Of a DNA stretch of 64,000 nt, positions 1-11,433 are shown piece by piece. The notes beneath the pieces were generated by a model. That model was not told where the DNA came from. It was given only the letters and a program-made list of their open reading frames with translations, and made no database searches. The translations under genes were made by a program, and so were the position numbers. The first letter of the stretch is position 1, and every line of letters begins with the position of its first letter. The stretch lies in the NCBI RefSeq assembly GCF_988242995.1, contig NZ_OZ547043.1, one strand, 5' to 3'.

Positions 1-608
1 GCGCGGTCGATCAGATCCTGACTCGTTCTGGCAAGCTGGATTGTTTTATCGGCAATGCGGGCATCTGGGATCACAATGCCTCACTGGTTAATACTCCCGC
101 AGAGACGCTCGAAACTGGCTTCCACGAGCTGTTTAACGTCAACGTACTCGGTTACCTGCTGGGCGCAAAAGCCTGCGCTCCGGCGTTAATCGCCAGTGAA
201 GGCAGCATGATTTTCACACTGTCAAATGCCGCCTGGTATCCCGGCGGCGGTGGCCCGCTGTACACCGCCAGTAAACATGCCGCAACCGGACTTATTCGCC
301 AACTGGCTTATGAACTGGCACCGAAAGTGCGGGTGAATGGCGTCGGCCCGTGTGGTATGGCCAGCGACCTGCGCGGCCCACAGGCGCTCGGGCAAAGTGA
401 AACCTCGATAATGCAGTCTCTGACGCCGGAGAAAATTGCCGCCATTTTACCGCTGCAATTTTTCCCGCAACCGGCGGATTTTACGGGTCCGTATGTGATG
501 TTGGCATCGCGGCGCAATAATCGCGCATTAAGCGGTGTGATGATCAACGCTGATGCGGGTTTAGCGATTCGCGGCATTCGCCACGTAGCGGCTGGGCTGG
601 ATCTTTAA
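1..608 (+). CDS. hcaB: 3' portion of 2,3-dihydroxy-2,3-dihydrophenylpropionate dehydrogenase (short-chain dehydrogenase family); 5' end upstream of window
   Basis: Reading frame open from window start ([20 protein letters not shown]...) to stop at 608; SDR-type YxxxK region ([10 protein letters not shown]); followed 10 nt later by hcaD. Confidence 0.85.
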
Positions 609-1820
<1,212 letters not shown>

Positions 1821-1916
1821 CCAGGATAATTAGCGAATATCTCAATGCCTGGGGCGTGGCGAGGTGCAAGAGTGTGTATTACGTTTAAATCACATTATCT
1901 TGCAAAGGGATTGGTT

Positions 1917-2339
1917 ATGAACACACTACGTTATTTTGATTTTGGAGCTGCCCGCCCCGTTTTGTTATTAATTGCCCGTATCGCCGTGGTCTTAATTTTC
2001 ATTATTTTTGGTTTTCCCAAAATGATGGGCTTTGACGGTACGGTCCAATATATGGCCTCGCTGGGCGCGCCGATGCCGATGCTGGCAGCGATTATTGCGG
2101 TAGTTATGGAAGTGCCCGCCGCGATATTAATCGTGCTTGGCTTTTTCACCCGTCCGCTGGCGGTGCTGTTTATTTTCTACACGCTGGGTACAGCGGTAAT
2201 TGGTCACCATTACTGGGATATGACCGGCGATGCGGTTGGGCCAAATATGATTAATTTCTGGAAGAATGTCAGTATCGCTGGCGCATTCCTGCTGTTGGCA
2301 ATTACCGGGCCGGGGGCAATTTCTCTCGATCGGCGTTAG
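1917..2339 (+). CDS. yphA: DoxX-family inner membrane protein
   Basis: Hydrophobic ORF; internal ATG at 1917 gives 140 aa, the length I recall for YphA; track ORF starts upstream at 1845. Confidence 0.8.
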
Positions 2340-2345
2340 GAAAGA

Positions 2346-2377
2346 TGCCGGATGCGGCGTGAACGCCTTATCCGGCA
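2346..2377. repeat. REP (repetitive extragenic palindromic) element
   Basis: tgccggatgcggcgtgaacgccttatccggca imperfect palindrome typical of E. coli REP units, in the yphA/yphB convergent gap. Confidence 0.8.
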
Positions 2378-2386
2378 TTTTATAAA

Positions 2387-3259
2387 TTACAGTAACGCAA
2401 CCCGCAACGACATCTCTGAAGTTGTTGATTCCCCTGGTGCAAGCGCAATGAGATCCCCCCCTTCCGGGCGATGATGGTCATCCGGCGCATGGCTCATCGG
2501 TTCCAGACAGAAGAAATCAAACGCATATCCTTTATCAAACGCCGGGTCGGAAACAAAGATGAAATAACATGGTGCAGGTGGCGTCGTTTCCATGATGATG
2601 GCATAACCCTCCTGCGGCTGCTCGATGCGGGCCTGACCATTCCATCCGGCAAAGCCATTGTTCACCCACTGGTGCGGCAACGGCGCGAGCTGGTTGAAAT
2701 CCAGCTCTTGCGGTAGCTGCTCGCAAAACTCACCCGCCAGCCACTGCTCCCGCTCCCGCCAGTAACCGCTCGCCTGCGCCTGAATCCGCGTTTGTGGTGA
2801 CAACGGAAAATAAGGATGCCAGCCGGTACCAAATGGCAGCGTCTCTGCCCCTTGATTGGTGACAGAGAGCGTCACCGTCAGCGTATCTGCCGTTAAATGA
2901 AACGCCTGACTTACCCGATAGTGATAAACACCGCTGCGATGTTCATACACCAGACACAAGCTATCTTCGCTGCGCGAGACACATTGCCACTGCCCCAGCC
3001 AGCCGTCGCCGTGCAGATAGTGCGCATCCCACTCAACATTCGGTTGCAGTTGATACTCACGCCCCTGCCAGACAAAACGATTGCCGCTCACCCGGTTTGC
3101 AAACGGCACCAGCGGAAAACAAGAGGCATCGGTTGCCACACCGCTTTTTTTACCGGGACGTAAGAGCGGCGTCGCGTCACGCCAGAAGCCTTCGATGACG
3201 CCGCCCCGGTCAGAAACGTCCAGCTTTAGCGGCCCGTGAGATAAGGTATAGATGGTCAT
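2387..3259 (-). CDS. yphB: aldose 1-epimerase (mutarotase) family protein
   Basis: 290-aa ORF; last gene of the co-directional yphG-yphB cluster. Confidence 0.85.
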   Translation of the reverse strand: MTIYTLSHGPLKLDVSDRGGVIEGFWRDATPLLRPGKKSGVATDASCFPLVPFANRVSGNRFVWQGREYQLQPNVEWDAHYLHGDGWLGQWQCVSRSEDSLCLVYEHRSGVYHYRVSQAFHLTADTLTVTLSVTNQGAETLPFGTGWHPYFPLSPQTRIQAQASGYWREREQWLAGEFCEQLPQELDFNQLAPLPHQWVNNGFAGWNGQARIEQPQEGYAIIMETTPPAPCYFIFVSDPAFDKGYAFDFFCLEPMSHAPDDHHRPEGGDLIALAPGESTTSEMSLRVALL

Positions 3260-3270
3260 CCGCTGACTCC

Positions 3271-4332
3271 TTAATCCGGGAAGTTAATCACAACTTTCCC
3301 GCATTTACCGCTCGCCATCAGCGCATAGGCATCTCCTGCCTGTTCCAGTGAGAAGCGATGGGTAATGGCATTACGCGGCCACAGTTTCCAGTCCGTTAAA
3401 TCGTGGGCGCATTTTTCCATATGGAATAGACTGGTCACCCAGGAGCCAATAATCCGCCGTTGATGGTGCATCAGATCGGCGCTAACCTCGAACTCCACTT
3501 TTCCGGTTTCCCCGATGTAAACCACCCGTCCCCAGTCAGCAGTGGATTGCAACGCCAGTAAGCGACCTGCGGCATTACCGGAACAATCGAGCGCAACATC
3601 CGCGCCACCGTGGGTGAGTTCGGCGATAATCTGCGGCAGACCTTCGGTGGTTGCTAAATAGCCGTGATCCATCACCCCTAACTGTTTCGCCATCGCCAGA
3701 CGTTCCGGCAGCATATCAACGCCGATGATCCTTTTTGCACCGCGACCTTTCGCCAGCATCATCGCCATCATGCCGACCGGCCCCAGACCGACCACCAGCA
3801 CGTTATCGCTACCGGAAACTTCGCCGCGCAAAATCCCTTCATACGCTGTACCAACGCCGCAACTGATAAACGCACCATCTTCATAGCTCAGCGCGTCCGG
3901 CAGCAGGATCAGATCTTTTTCTTCCGCCAGCAGGTATTCAGCATGGCCGCCGTCACGCTGCCAGCCGTAAGCCGCTTTTCCTTTGCCAGTACAAGAGATA
4001 GGAAAGCCGCGGCGGCAGTTCGGGCAAAAACCACAGCCAGAAATGTGATACACCAGCACGCGGTCGCCCTCTTTAAAATGGCGGCAGCCTTGCCCCATCG
4101 CCACAATCTGCCCGCACGGTTCATGACCGTTGATAAATCCCTGGTATAACGGTTTATCGGGTGCCGCTGCCGTGGCACGGTGTTGATGATAGATATAGTG
4201 GACATCACTTCCGCAAATCCCGGAGGATTTCATTTTGATCAGTACCTGGTTAATCCCCGGCGTCGGCACCGCAACTTCCCGCAGATCGACGGTCGAATTT
4301 CCTGGTAAATAAGCTGCCAGCATCGTTTTCAT
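3271..4332 (-). CDS. yphC: zinc-dependent alcohol/polyol dehydrogenase (MDR family)
   Basis: GHEPCGQIVAMG zinc-ligand motif and GLGPVGMMA Rossmann motif; start moved to internal ATG (353 aa). Confidence 0.85.
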   Translation of the reverse strand: MKTMLAAYLPGNSTVDLREVAVPTPGINQVLIKMKSSGICGSDVHYIYHQHRATAAAPDKPLYQGFINGHEPCGQIVAMGQGCRHFKEGDRVLVYHISGCGFCPNCRRGFPISCTGKGKAAYGWQRDGGHAEYLLAEEKDLILLPDALSYEDGAFISCGVGTAYEGILRGEVSGSDNVLVVGLGPVGMMAMMLAKGRGAKRIIGVDMLPERLAMAKQLGVMDHGYLATTEGLPQIIAELTHGGADVALDCSGNAAGRLLALQSTADWGRVVYIGETGKVEFEVSADLMHHQRRIIGSWVTSLFHMEKCAHDLTDWKLWPRNAITHRFSLEQAGDAYALMASGKCGKVVINFPD

Positions 4333-4397
4333 AAATCCCTCATTAACAATACGATTAATTTTCATCCCTGCCGCACCCGCGCCAGGGGCGTTAAGGT

Positions 4398-5396
4398 TTA
4401 GCGTTTCGCTTTACTGCTACGCTGGGTCAGCAAGATATTCGCCAGCACCGCCACCACGATGATGACGCCGCGCACCACCTGCTGGAAAAAGGAGTTAATC
4501 CCGAGCAGCACCAGACCGTTACCGATTAGCGTAATCACCAACACACCAAGCAATGTACCAAACAGGGAACCGCGACCACCGGAAAGCGCCGTACCGCCAA
4601 CCACGACCGCGGCGATGACGTCAAACTCCAGACCGTTTGCGGCACCTGCGTTACCGGAACCGAGGCGCGCCGCCAACAAAATGCCGGTCACCGCTGCTAA
4701 TAATCCCGAAAGGGTAAAAATAAGAATGCGTACCCGACGAACGTTAATACCGCACAACTGTGCTGCAGTGGCATTACCGCCAACAGCAAAAACCGAGCGC
4801 CCGAAGGCGGTTTTGCGGCTAATGAACACAAACAGCGCAAATAACACCATCATGATCAGCGCGGATACCGGCACACCGAGAAATTGTCCCCCCAGCCAGT
4901 CCAGCACTTCGTTTTCGTCAATCGGCACTGGCAAGGCGTTCGTCATAAACAGCCCCATTCCGCGCAGGGCGCTCCACAGCCCCAGCGTGGCCACGAAACT
5001 TGGCACGTTAAACACGCCGCGCAGCACCCCGGCGAGCGTTCCCATCAGCGCGCCTAACAGCAACACCAGCAGACAAGCAATCGCCAACGGAACTTCAAAT
5101 TGCAGCAAAAATGCCAGGCACACCGAGACAAAAGCCACCATCGGCCCAACGCTGACATCAATTTCACCGGAGATAATAATCAGCGTCATCGCCCAGGCGG
5201 CAATCCCAATGGTGGCGGCATCGCGCAGCACGTTCATCTGGTTATTCAATGAGATAAAGCCCGGCGCGTTCAGGGAGAAGACCAGATAAAGAATGGCGAT
5301 CACCACCAGCAAACCGATCTCATTAATATGGCGACTGACAAATTGTTTGAGCGAGACGCTCTTGCCCTGCGGCAATGGTAATGACGAAGCAGACAT
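4398..5396 (-). CDS. yphD: ABC transporter permease (monosaccharide, CUT2 type)
   Basis: 332-aa polytopic hydrophobic ORF between the ATPase and dehydrogenase genes. Confidence 0.88.
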   Translation of the reverse strand: MSASSLPLPQGKSVSLKQFVSRHINEIGLLVVIAILYLVFSLNAPGFISLNNQMNVLRDAATIGIAAWAMTLIIISGEIDVSVGPMVAFVSVCLAFLLQFEVPLAIACLLVLLLGALMGTLAGVLRGVFNVPSFVATLGLWSALRGMGLFMTNALPVPIDENEVLDWLGGQFLGVPVSALIMMVLFALFVFISRKTAFGRSVFAVGGNATAAQLCGINVRRVRILIFTLSGLLAAVTGILLAARLGSGNAGAANGLEFDVIAAVVVGGTALSGGRGSLFGTLLGVLVITLIGNGLVLLGINSFFQQVVRGVIIVVAVLANILLTQRSSKAKR

Positions 5397-5420
5397 CTTC
5401 AGGTTCCTCGGTAAAATTCA

Positions 5421-6932
5421 TCAGTGCACAGACAGAATGGCGGACATCAGCTCATCCACATTGACCGGCGAGTGAAACTCCTGCGAGAACGTACCGTGCT
5501 GTAATAACAGGATGCGGTCACACACCAGCGGCAACTCCTCCACTTCACTGGAGATAAACACCACACTTTTTCCTTCGGCAGCCAGCTCGCGGACAATACG
5601 GTAAATCTGCTGTTTGGCTTCGATATCGACGCCACGCGTTGGCTCGTCGAGCAACAAAATCTGGCTGGCGGCATAGACCCAACGACCGATCACCACTTTT
5701 TGCTGATTGCCGCCAGAAAGCGTGCCGATGGGCGTTTCGCTACTGGCGGCCTTGACCGTCATCCGCTGCATCACCTCTTCGGTCAGGCGGCGGATGGTGG
5801 ACCATTGCAGCACACCGTTGGCGCTGATTTTTTGCCGATTGGTCAGCACTGTATTTTCGTCAACGCCCAGCCAGGGAATGATCCCCGCTTCTTTGCGGTT
5901 TTCTGGCGTATAGCCAATGCCGCGTTTCAGCATGTCGCCGTAATCGGGGCGCGTGATTTTCTCGCCGTTGATAACAATTTCGCCCTGTTCATACGTCTCC
6001 AGCCCAACTATGGCTTTCAACAATTCACTGCGCCCTGCCCCCAGCAGGCCAGCAATGCCGAGCACTTCGCCACGACGGAGCGTAAAGCTGATATCCTCCA
6101 GCTTGGGCTTATGGCGTAACGCACGGACTTCCAGCACAGCCTGATCGACAATTTCCTGAGGGGAAACCGGCGCAATATCAACGTGATCGCGCCCGAGCAT
6201 TAGCGACACAATATGATGCGTGGAGGTGTTTTCGAGCATCACATCGCCCGCTACCTGACCATCGCGCATAACGGTGGCACAGGAGGCAATGCGGCGGATT
6301 TCTTCCATCCGGTGGCTGACATAAATCACCGCCACGCCCAGTGCCGACATCTTTTTAACCGCGCTGATCACCAGTTCAACTTCCGCACTGGCAAGCGAAC
6401 TGGTAGGTTCATCAAGAATGACCACGCGCGGCTCGCCCTTCATCACCCGCGCAATTTCCACCAGTTGCTTTTGCGCCGGGCTTAGCGTTGAAACAAGTTG
6501 TTCAGGGCTAACGTCAACGCCCAGCGCCTGTAAGCAACGTTGGGCATCCTGCGCCATTTGCAGGTAATCAATCATGCCGTTGCGGCGGGGCCACTGACCG
6601 AGGCAGAGGTTTTCCGCCACCGTCAGTCCCTCCACCAGACTTAACTCCTGATAAACCGCACGAACCCCCAGTTCAGCGGCACGGCGAGTCAACGTAGCTT
6701 CGTCACCTTCCAGTCGCGTCTCGCCAATCCAGATATCACCGCTATCCGGACGTTCACTGCCGGTAAGCATTCGAATGAGGGTCGATTTGCCCGCGCCGTT
6801 TTTGCCTAACAGCGCACGAACTTCTCCTTTATTGAGCGTGAAGTTAACGTTATCCAGCGCAACGACGCCGGGATAACGCTTATTTCCAGCTACCACTATT
6901 GCTACCGGGACTGCCTCTGTTGCCGTGAACAT
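5421..6932 (-). CDS. yphE: ABC transporter ATP-binding protein with duplicated ATPase domains
   Basis: 503 aa with two Walker A motifs (GKNGAGKST and GLLGAGRSEL), as in RbsA/MglA-type sugar importers. Confidence 0.9.
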   Translation of the reverse strand: MFTATEAVPVAIVVAGNKRYPGVVALDNVNFTLNKGEVRALLGKNGAGKSTLIRMLTGSERPDSGDIWIGETRLEGDEATLTRRAAELGVRAVYQELSLVEGLTVAENLCLGQWPRRNGMIDYLQMAQDAQRCLQALGVDVSPEQLVSTLSPAQKQLVEIARVMKGEPRVVILDEPTSSLASAEVELVISAVKKMSALGVAVIYVSHRMEEIRRIASCATVMRDGQVAGDVMLENTSTHHIVSLMLGRDHVDIAPVSPQEIVDQAVLEVRALRHKPKLEDISFTLRRGEVLGIAGLLGAGRSELLKAIVGLETYEQGEIVINGEKITRPDYGDMLKRGIGYTPENRKEAGIIPWLGVDENTVLTNRQKISANGVLQWSTIRRLTEEVMQRMTVKAASSETPIGTLSGGNQQKVVIGRWVYAASQILLLDEPTRGVDIEAKQQIYRIVRELAAEGKSVVFISSEVEELPLVCDRILLLQHGTFSQEFHSPVNVDELMSAILSVH

Positions 6933-6954
6933 AGGGACCTCTGCGAATCAGCGA

Positions 6955-7938
6955 TTAGGGCAGACCATCAACGTGCGTTGCCAGCCACTGTTTACCGTCT
7001 TCCGTTTTGGTATAGAGATCGATAGGCACCTGAATCACTTTTTCACCGTCGGCTTGTTTATTGATAACCTTCAAAGTTTGCGCGAAAACAGCATTGCCCA
7101 TTTTCTTACCGGAAATATCCACCACCGCTTTCAGCACCTGATTGTTTTCCAGCTCCTGAGCAATTTCAGTGGTCATATCCGAACCGAAAACAGCAATTTT
7201 TCCGGTCTGATTTTGATTACGTACCGCTTTTACCGCGCCGAGTGTCGCACCGCCCGATTCCCCCATAATGGCGTTGAGATCCGGCGTGGAGATAATTAGT
7301 TTTTCACCAACGGAAATCGCTTTATCTAAAACAGTCCCTTCCTGATTAGCGACAATTTGCGCGCCGGGAACACGGATTTTTAATACTTCTTCAAATCCTT
7401 TACGGCGCTGCACACAAACTTCAAAGGCTTCGCAATTGATGACGGCAATTTTCGGCTGGTCAATTTTGTTGGCAATAAAATAATCGGCGGCAGCGTTACC
7501 CAGTTTTTTACCAAATTCCAGCGGATCGCCGACCAGATACGCCGAGACATATTTATCGACGCCTTTTTGATTAATACAGGTGTTGTAGCAAATTACCGGA
7601 ATACCCGCTTCACTGGCGCGACGAACGGTACGGCTACTGCCATTTTCAGACACTGCCGATAAAATAATGGCATCGACATTACGCGCCACGAGGGTATCAA
7701 CAAAGGTACTTTCTTTCGAAATATCACCCTGGGCGTTAGTTTCAATTAACTGTACCTGTACTGAAGAATCTTTTGCCGCATCCTGAACGCCCTGACGCAC
7801 ACCAGCGTAATATCCCTGGGTATCAAGGTATATTGCGCCAATGGTCATTTCTTTATCCGCAGCCCTGGCAAATAGTGCGCTACCTAATAGCGTAGCCATT
7901 AATAATAGATTACGGGTTGTTCTCATTTTTTTAGGCAT
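6955..7938 (-). CDS. yphF: periplasmic sugar-binding protein of ABC transporter
   Basis: 327-aa ORF with N-terminal signal peptide (MRTTRNLLLMATLLGSALFARA). Confidence 0.88.
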   Translation of the reverse strand: MPKKMRTTRNLLLMATLLGSALFARAADKEMTIGAIYLDTQGYYAGVRQGVQDAAKDSSVQVQLIETNAQGDISKESTFVDTLVARNVDAIILSAVSENGSSRTVRRASEAGIPVICYNTCINQKGVDKYVSAYLVGDPLEFGKKLGNAAADYFIANKIDQPKIAVINCEAFEVCVQRRKGFEEVLKIRVPGAQIVANQEGTVLDKAISVGEKLIISTPDLNAIMGESGGATLGAVKAVRNQNQTGKIAVFGSDMTTEIAQELENNQVLKAVVDISGKKMGNAVFAQTLKVINKQADGEKVIQVPIDLYTKTEDGKQWLATHVDGLP

Positions 7939-8034
7939 AGTACCTCCTGTAGGGTTTTTATTTACAACGGCTTATTTTAATTATTTGAGCGTGAGCGGCA
8001 GCGCGTGCCGCTCAAATATTACAGTTAATAAGGT

Positions 8035-11000
8035 TTAGCGAACGCGGTTAAAAATAAAAGGCATCACGGTGGTGAATAATGCTGCTTTCGGCCAGGCCGG
8101 ATTAATCGCCGTCAATTCAGCGCGAGCAGATTCATATTGCGCAACCTCCCCTAGTCCCGCGGACGCCAGCATCGCCACCATCAGGCATTTTTCTTTATGC
8201 TGCTGTTGTAAATCGCCATACAGCGACAACAGGTCAGGTTGCGAGACGGCAAAGAAATCCGCTTCGATACTGGTTTTCGCCATCTCTTGCGCCCACAGTT
8301 TCATTTCACTAAACAGTTGCTGTGCGGTGTGTTGTTCGCCCAGCAGTCGCAGCGCCATTCCTTGCCAGAAGAGATAATCAACCGGCTGATCGTTGTAATA
8401 ACTGTGGATGTTAATGGTGCGATCGCCGGTCGCCGCCAGACGTAAACAACGCGTCGCTTCAGTTTCATCGCCCTGCGCGTTGGCGCATATCGCCTGCCAG
8501 AACCAGATGTCGTTATCAGTTTGCCCCGGTAAACGGCCTTCGCTTAAATTCTCCGGATAATGCAGCGCGGCATGAAGCAGTTCGCTGGCCTGCTGCGGCT
8601 CTCTGGCATCAAGATGCTGCCAGGCGCGTAATAACTGGTTGAGGATAAACTGACTGGTGATCTTCCCTTCCCCGCCTTCCCACGGGTGGAATTTGCGCGT
8701 GGCGAGAATGTCCGCCGCTTTGTCTGCCTGACCCGTGAGATGCCACAAATTGAGCAGTTCTGCGGTCATGTCGTCGCGTTTCAGCGCAATTTCCAGATTA
8801 TTTTCCAGACGCGCCAGTCGTTTCTCCGGTGTGGCTCCACTTAACTTATCCAGCAAATCCCGTTCGAAAAGCAGACGTGCATCCTGCGGCGCAAGCTGAT
8901 AAGCATTATCAAGATAACGCGCGGCCAGCTCATAATCGTGTTGCTTATTCCACGCATGGATCGCTAACCCGCGCCAACCGTCGGCAAACTCCGGCGACAT
9001 CTCTACGCAACGTTGCCATAAAGTAATGGCTTTGTTGTAGCTGCGCTTGTTGTAGTAGAAGCAGGCCAGTAAATGACGGGCAAACCAGCACTCTTCAATA
9101 CTCTCCAGCGCCGCCACTTCTTCCAGCGTATTCGGGAAACGGACAAACTGCGGGAAGACATCAATGGCTTTTGCGACCAGTTCGCCGCGTTCGGCTTTCG
9201 GCAGCAAGCTGGCTTGCAGGTAAAGCGGCAGCGTGCGCTGGCAGTCCAGTGCGTTCAGCATCTCTGCCGCCAGGGTGGGCATTCCCCAGTTAATCAGTTG
9301 CCCGGCGGTCATCAGGGCGTTAACGTCGCGTCCCTGACACAGACCGCGCCACTGCGCGAGGGCTGATTCGCTACGACCATCGAACCAGTTCAGCCACCAC
9401 AGAGTGGCGTTCAGCGGATAATCGCGCAGCAGTTTCTCGCGCTGCAAACGCGCGTTGTCCTGACGACCACTTAACACCAGCAGCAGATTATGCAGGCAAA
9501 GCACTTCCTGATTGGTTGGGCAGGCGCGAAGACTTTGTTGGCAAAAATCCAGACCAGCATCGAAGTGACCATTACGCGTCGCCAGTCGTGCCAGACCATA
9601 ATAGCCGCCTGCTTTACTATTGCCGCTCCAGACCGCACGCCAGAAATCCTCTTCGGCTTGTTGATATTGTCCCTGACGTTCGTAAGCACTGGCGCGAATC
9701 AAACTGGCCTGTCCGCACTGCGGATTTTTGTTCAGCGCATGTGCGCGTTTCAGCGCCTGAGTGGCATACGCCACCGCTTGCGGGAAATCGGCGCGGTTAT
9801 ATTCCAGCATCGCCAGCGCCAGGTTACAGCGATAATCCAGCGGATCCAGCGCCACGCCGCGCAGGTAGTAATCGAACGGTGAACGGCTGGCGTGATGATA
9901 TTGCTCCAGATGCTGACCGATAAACCAGGCTTCATCTGTACTGGTAATGTCTTGTGCTGCCAGTGGCGCTTTGGCGACGTCCGGCAACGGCAACTCTTGC
10001 GGCTGATGTTCCTGATAACTCAGTATGATATTGCCGTCGGCATCGGAGAGTTCAATGGTCAGCCTTTCAGGATTGATACCGTGCAACACGCCCTGGATGG
10101 CGGTCGCTGGTGTCAGGGCCACGGCATCATCGAGTAACGCGTTGCATTTGCCGATTTCGCGGATCGCCAGACGGTATCCTTTCAACGGAGAGATGGCATA
10201 CAGCCCCCACTCAATCCCCCGCTCACTACGCTGGAGTTTTATCACCGCATCGCGGGAGGCATTTTGCACCATGCCCAGAGAATGATAAGGCAGGAAATAC
10301 TGCTCGAAACGCTTCTCTTCGTACGCATCAAGCCAGGTAAAATCAGGCTGGTTATCGGCAAAAATACCGGTCATCAGTTCGATATACGGGCCGTTATTGT
10401 CGGTCAGACTCTTATCCCACGCCTGGCCAAATTCACTGTGTCCCCAACTCCACTGTTTTTTACCTGGCGCAATATGGTGGTTGGCAACGTGCAGCAAACC
10501 GCCATCTTCATCGTGACACCACGCGCCAACAAAATCGTACTGTGATTTTTCAGCCATATATGAGGTTGGAACAGGCACATTTTTATAGCGAGAAATGTCC
10601 ACTCCAGCGGAGTAGTCCACTTTGTAGTAAGTGCCGGTGGCGATGGGGAAAGCAGAGACGGCCCGTTTGCCGTGATCAAACACCGCAGTCACATCCGGTG
10701 GGAAAACGCTCTGATGCCCTTCACCCCCTTTCACTGCCGGGTTGGCCCACCACAAGAAATGACGCGGCGTGGCGTTGCCGTTATAGACGCGGCTGGCGAT
10801 TTCCAGCGCCGCCCGGTCAGGACGCAGGGTGAAACCTGTCATCACCTGTAAACCATGCATCGGCTCCGTTTCGCCTACCCACACCGTCTGTGCGCCGTCT
10901 TCATGGGCTTCGAGGGTGAAATCAACGGGCATAAAGGTGGTCGGGCGATGGTGTTGCGGCCAGTTAAACTCAATCCCGCCGGAGATCCACGGTCCCAGCA

Positions 11001-11316
11001 GCCCCACCAGCGCCGGTTTAATGACTTCATTGTGATAGACAAAATCGCGCTGTTTCACTTTATCCCACGCGCGATGCACCCGACCGCCCAGTTCCGGCAG
11101 GATCATCACTTTGATGTAGTCGTTTTCCAGCCACACCGCCTGCCAGGATTTCAGGGTTTTCTGCTCGCTCAGCGTATCGGTCACGCCGTAGGGATAAACC
11201 GCGCCGGACGATCCCTGATAAACGCGATTTTCCAGGAACATGGGATGTATATCCTGCGGCCCGGTTTCATAGGTCGGGATCTCAACGCGCTCTTGCCACA
11301 CTTTTACTGGAGTCAT
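8035..11316 (-). CDS. yphG: large two-domain protein: N-terminal ~450-aa domain of unknown function plus long C-terminal TPR-like helical repeat region
   Basis: Track ORF 8035-11409 starts at TTG; I prefer ATG at 11316 because it is preceded by GAGGG; alternative start 11409 cannot be excluded. Confidence 0.8.
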   Translation of the reverse strand: MTPVKVWQERVEIPTYETGPQDIHPMFLENRVYQGSSGAVYPYGVTDTLSEQKTLKSWQAVWLENDYIKVMILPELGGRVHRAWDKVKQRDFVYHNEVIKPALVGLLGPWISGGIEFNWPQHHRPTTFMPVDFTLEAHEDGAQTVWVGETEPMHGLQVMTGFTLRPDRAALEIASRVYNGNATPRHFLWWANPAVKGGEGHQSVFPPDVTAVFDHGKRAVSAFPIATGTYYKVDYSAGVDISRYKNVPVPTSYMAEKSQYDFVGAWCHDEDGGLLHVANHHIAPGKKQWSWGHSEFGQAWDKSLTDNNGPYIELMTGIFADNQPDFTWLDAYEEKRFEQYFLPYHSLGMVQNASRDAVIKLQRSERGIEWGLYAISPLKGYRLAIREIGKCNALLDDAVALTPATAIQGVLHGINPERLTIELSDADGNIILSYQEHQPQELPLPDVAKAPLAAQDITSTDEAWFIGQHLEQYHHASRSPFDYYLRGVALDPLDYRCNLALAMLEYNRADFPQAVAYATQALKRAHALNKNPQCGQASLIRASAYERQGQYQQAEEDFWRAVWSGNSKAGGYYGLARLATRNGHFDAGLDFCQQSLRACPTNQEVLCLHNLLLVLSGRQDNARLQREKLLRDYPLNATLWWLNWFDGRSESALAQWRGLCQGRDVNALMTAGQLINWGMPTLAAEMLNALDCQRTLPLYLQASLLPKAERGELVAKAIDVFPQFVRFPNTLEEVAALESIEECWFARHLLACFYYNKRSYNKAITLWQRCVEMSPEFADGWRGLAIHAWNKQHDYELAARYLDNAYQLAPQDARLLFERDLLDKLSGATPEKRLARLENNLEIALKRDDMTAELLNLWHLTGQADKAADILATRKFHPWEGGEGKITSQFILNQLLRAWQHLDAREPQQASELLHAALHYPENLSEGRLPGQTDNDIWFWQAICANAQGDETEATRCLRLAATGDRTINIHSYYNDQPVDYLFWQGMALRLLGEQHTAQQLFSEMKLWAQEMAKTSIEADFFAVSQPDLLSLYGDLQQQHKEKCLMVAMLASAGLGEVAQYESARAELTAINPAWPKAALFTTVMPFIFNRVR

Positions 11317-11433
11317 GGTGCCCTCAATATTAACAAGACATACTGAATTAAAAGATTTGTGGCAGTGTATTGAACAATCTGGCAATGTTTTCGCGGAATA
11401 ATCACGCAATTAACTAAACAAGGTTTAGTGAAG

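Noticed and set aside
4459-5289. 276-aa plus-strand ORF rich in Pro/Ser/Thr antisense to the permease gene yphD
   Set aside because: It is a mirror translation of a hydrophobic membrane protein gene; the composition is an antisense artefact and there are no expression signals.
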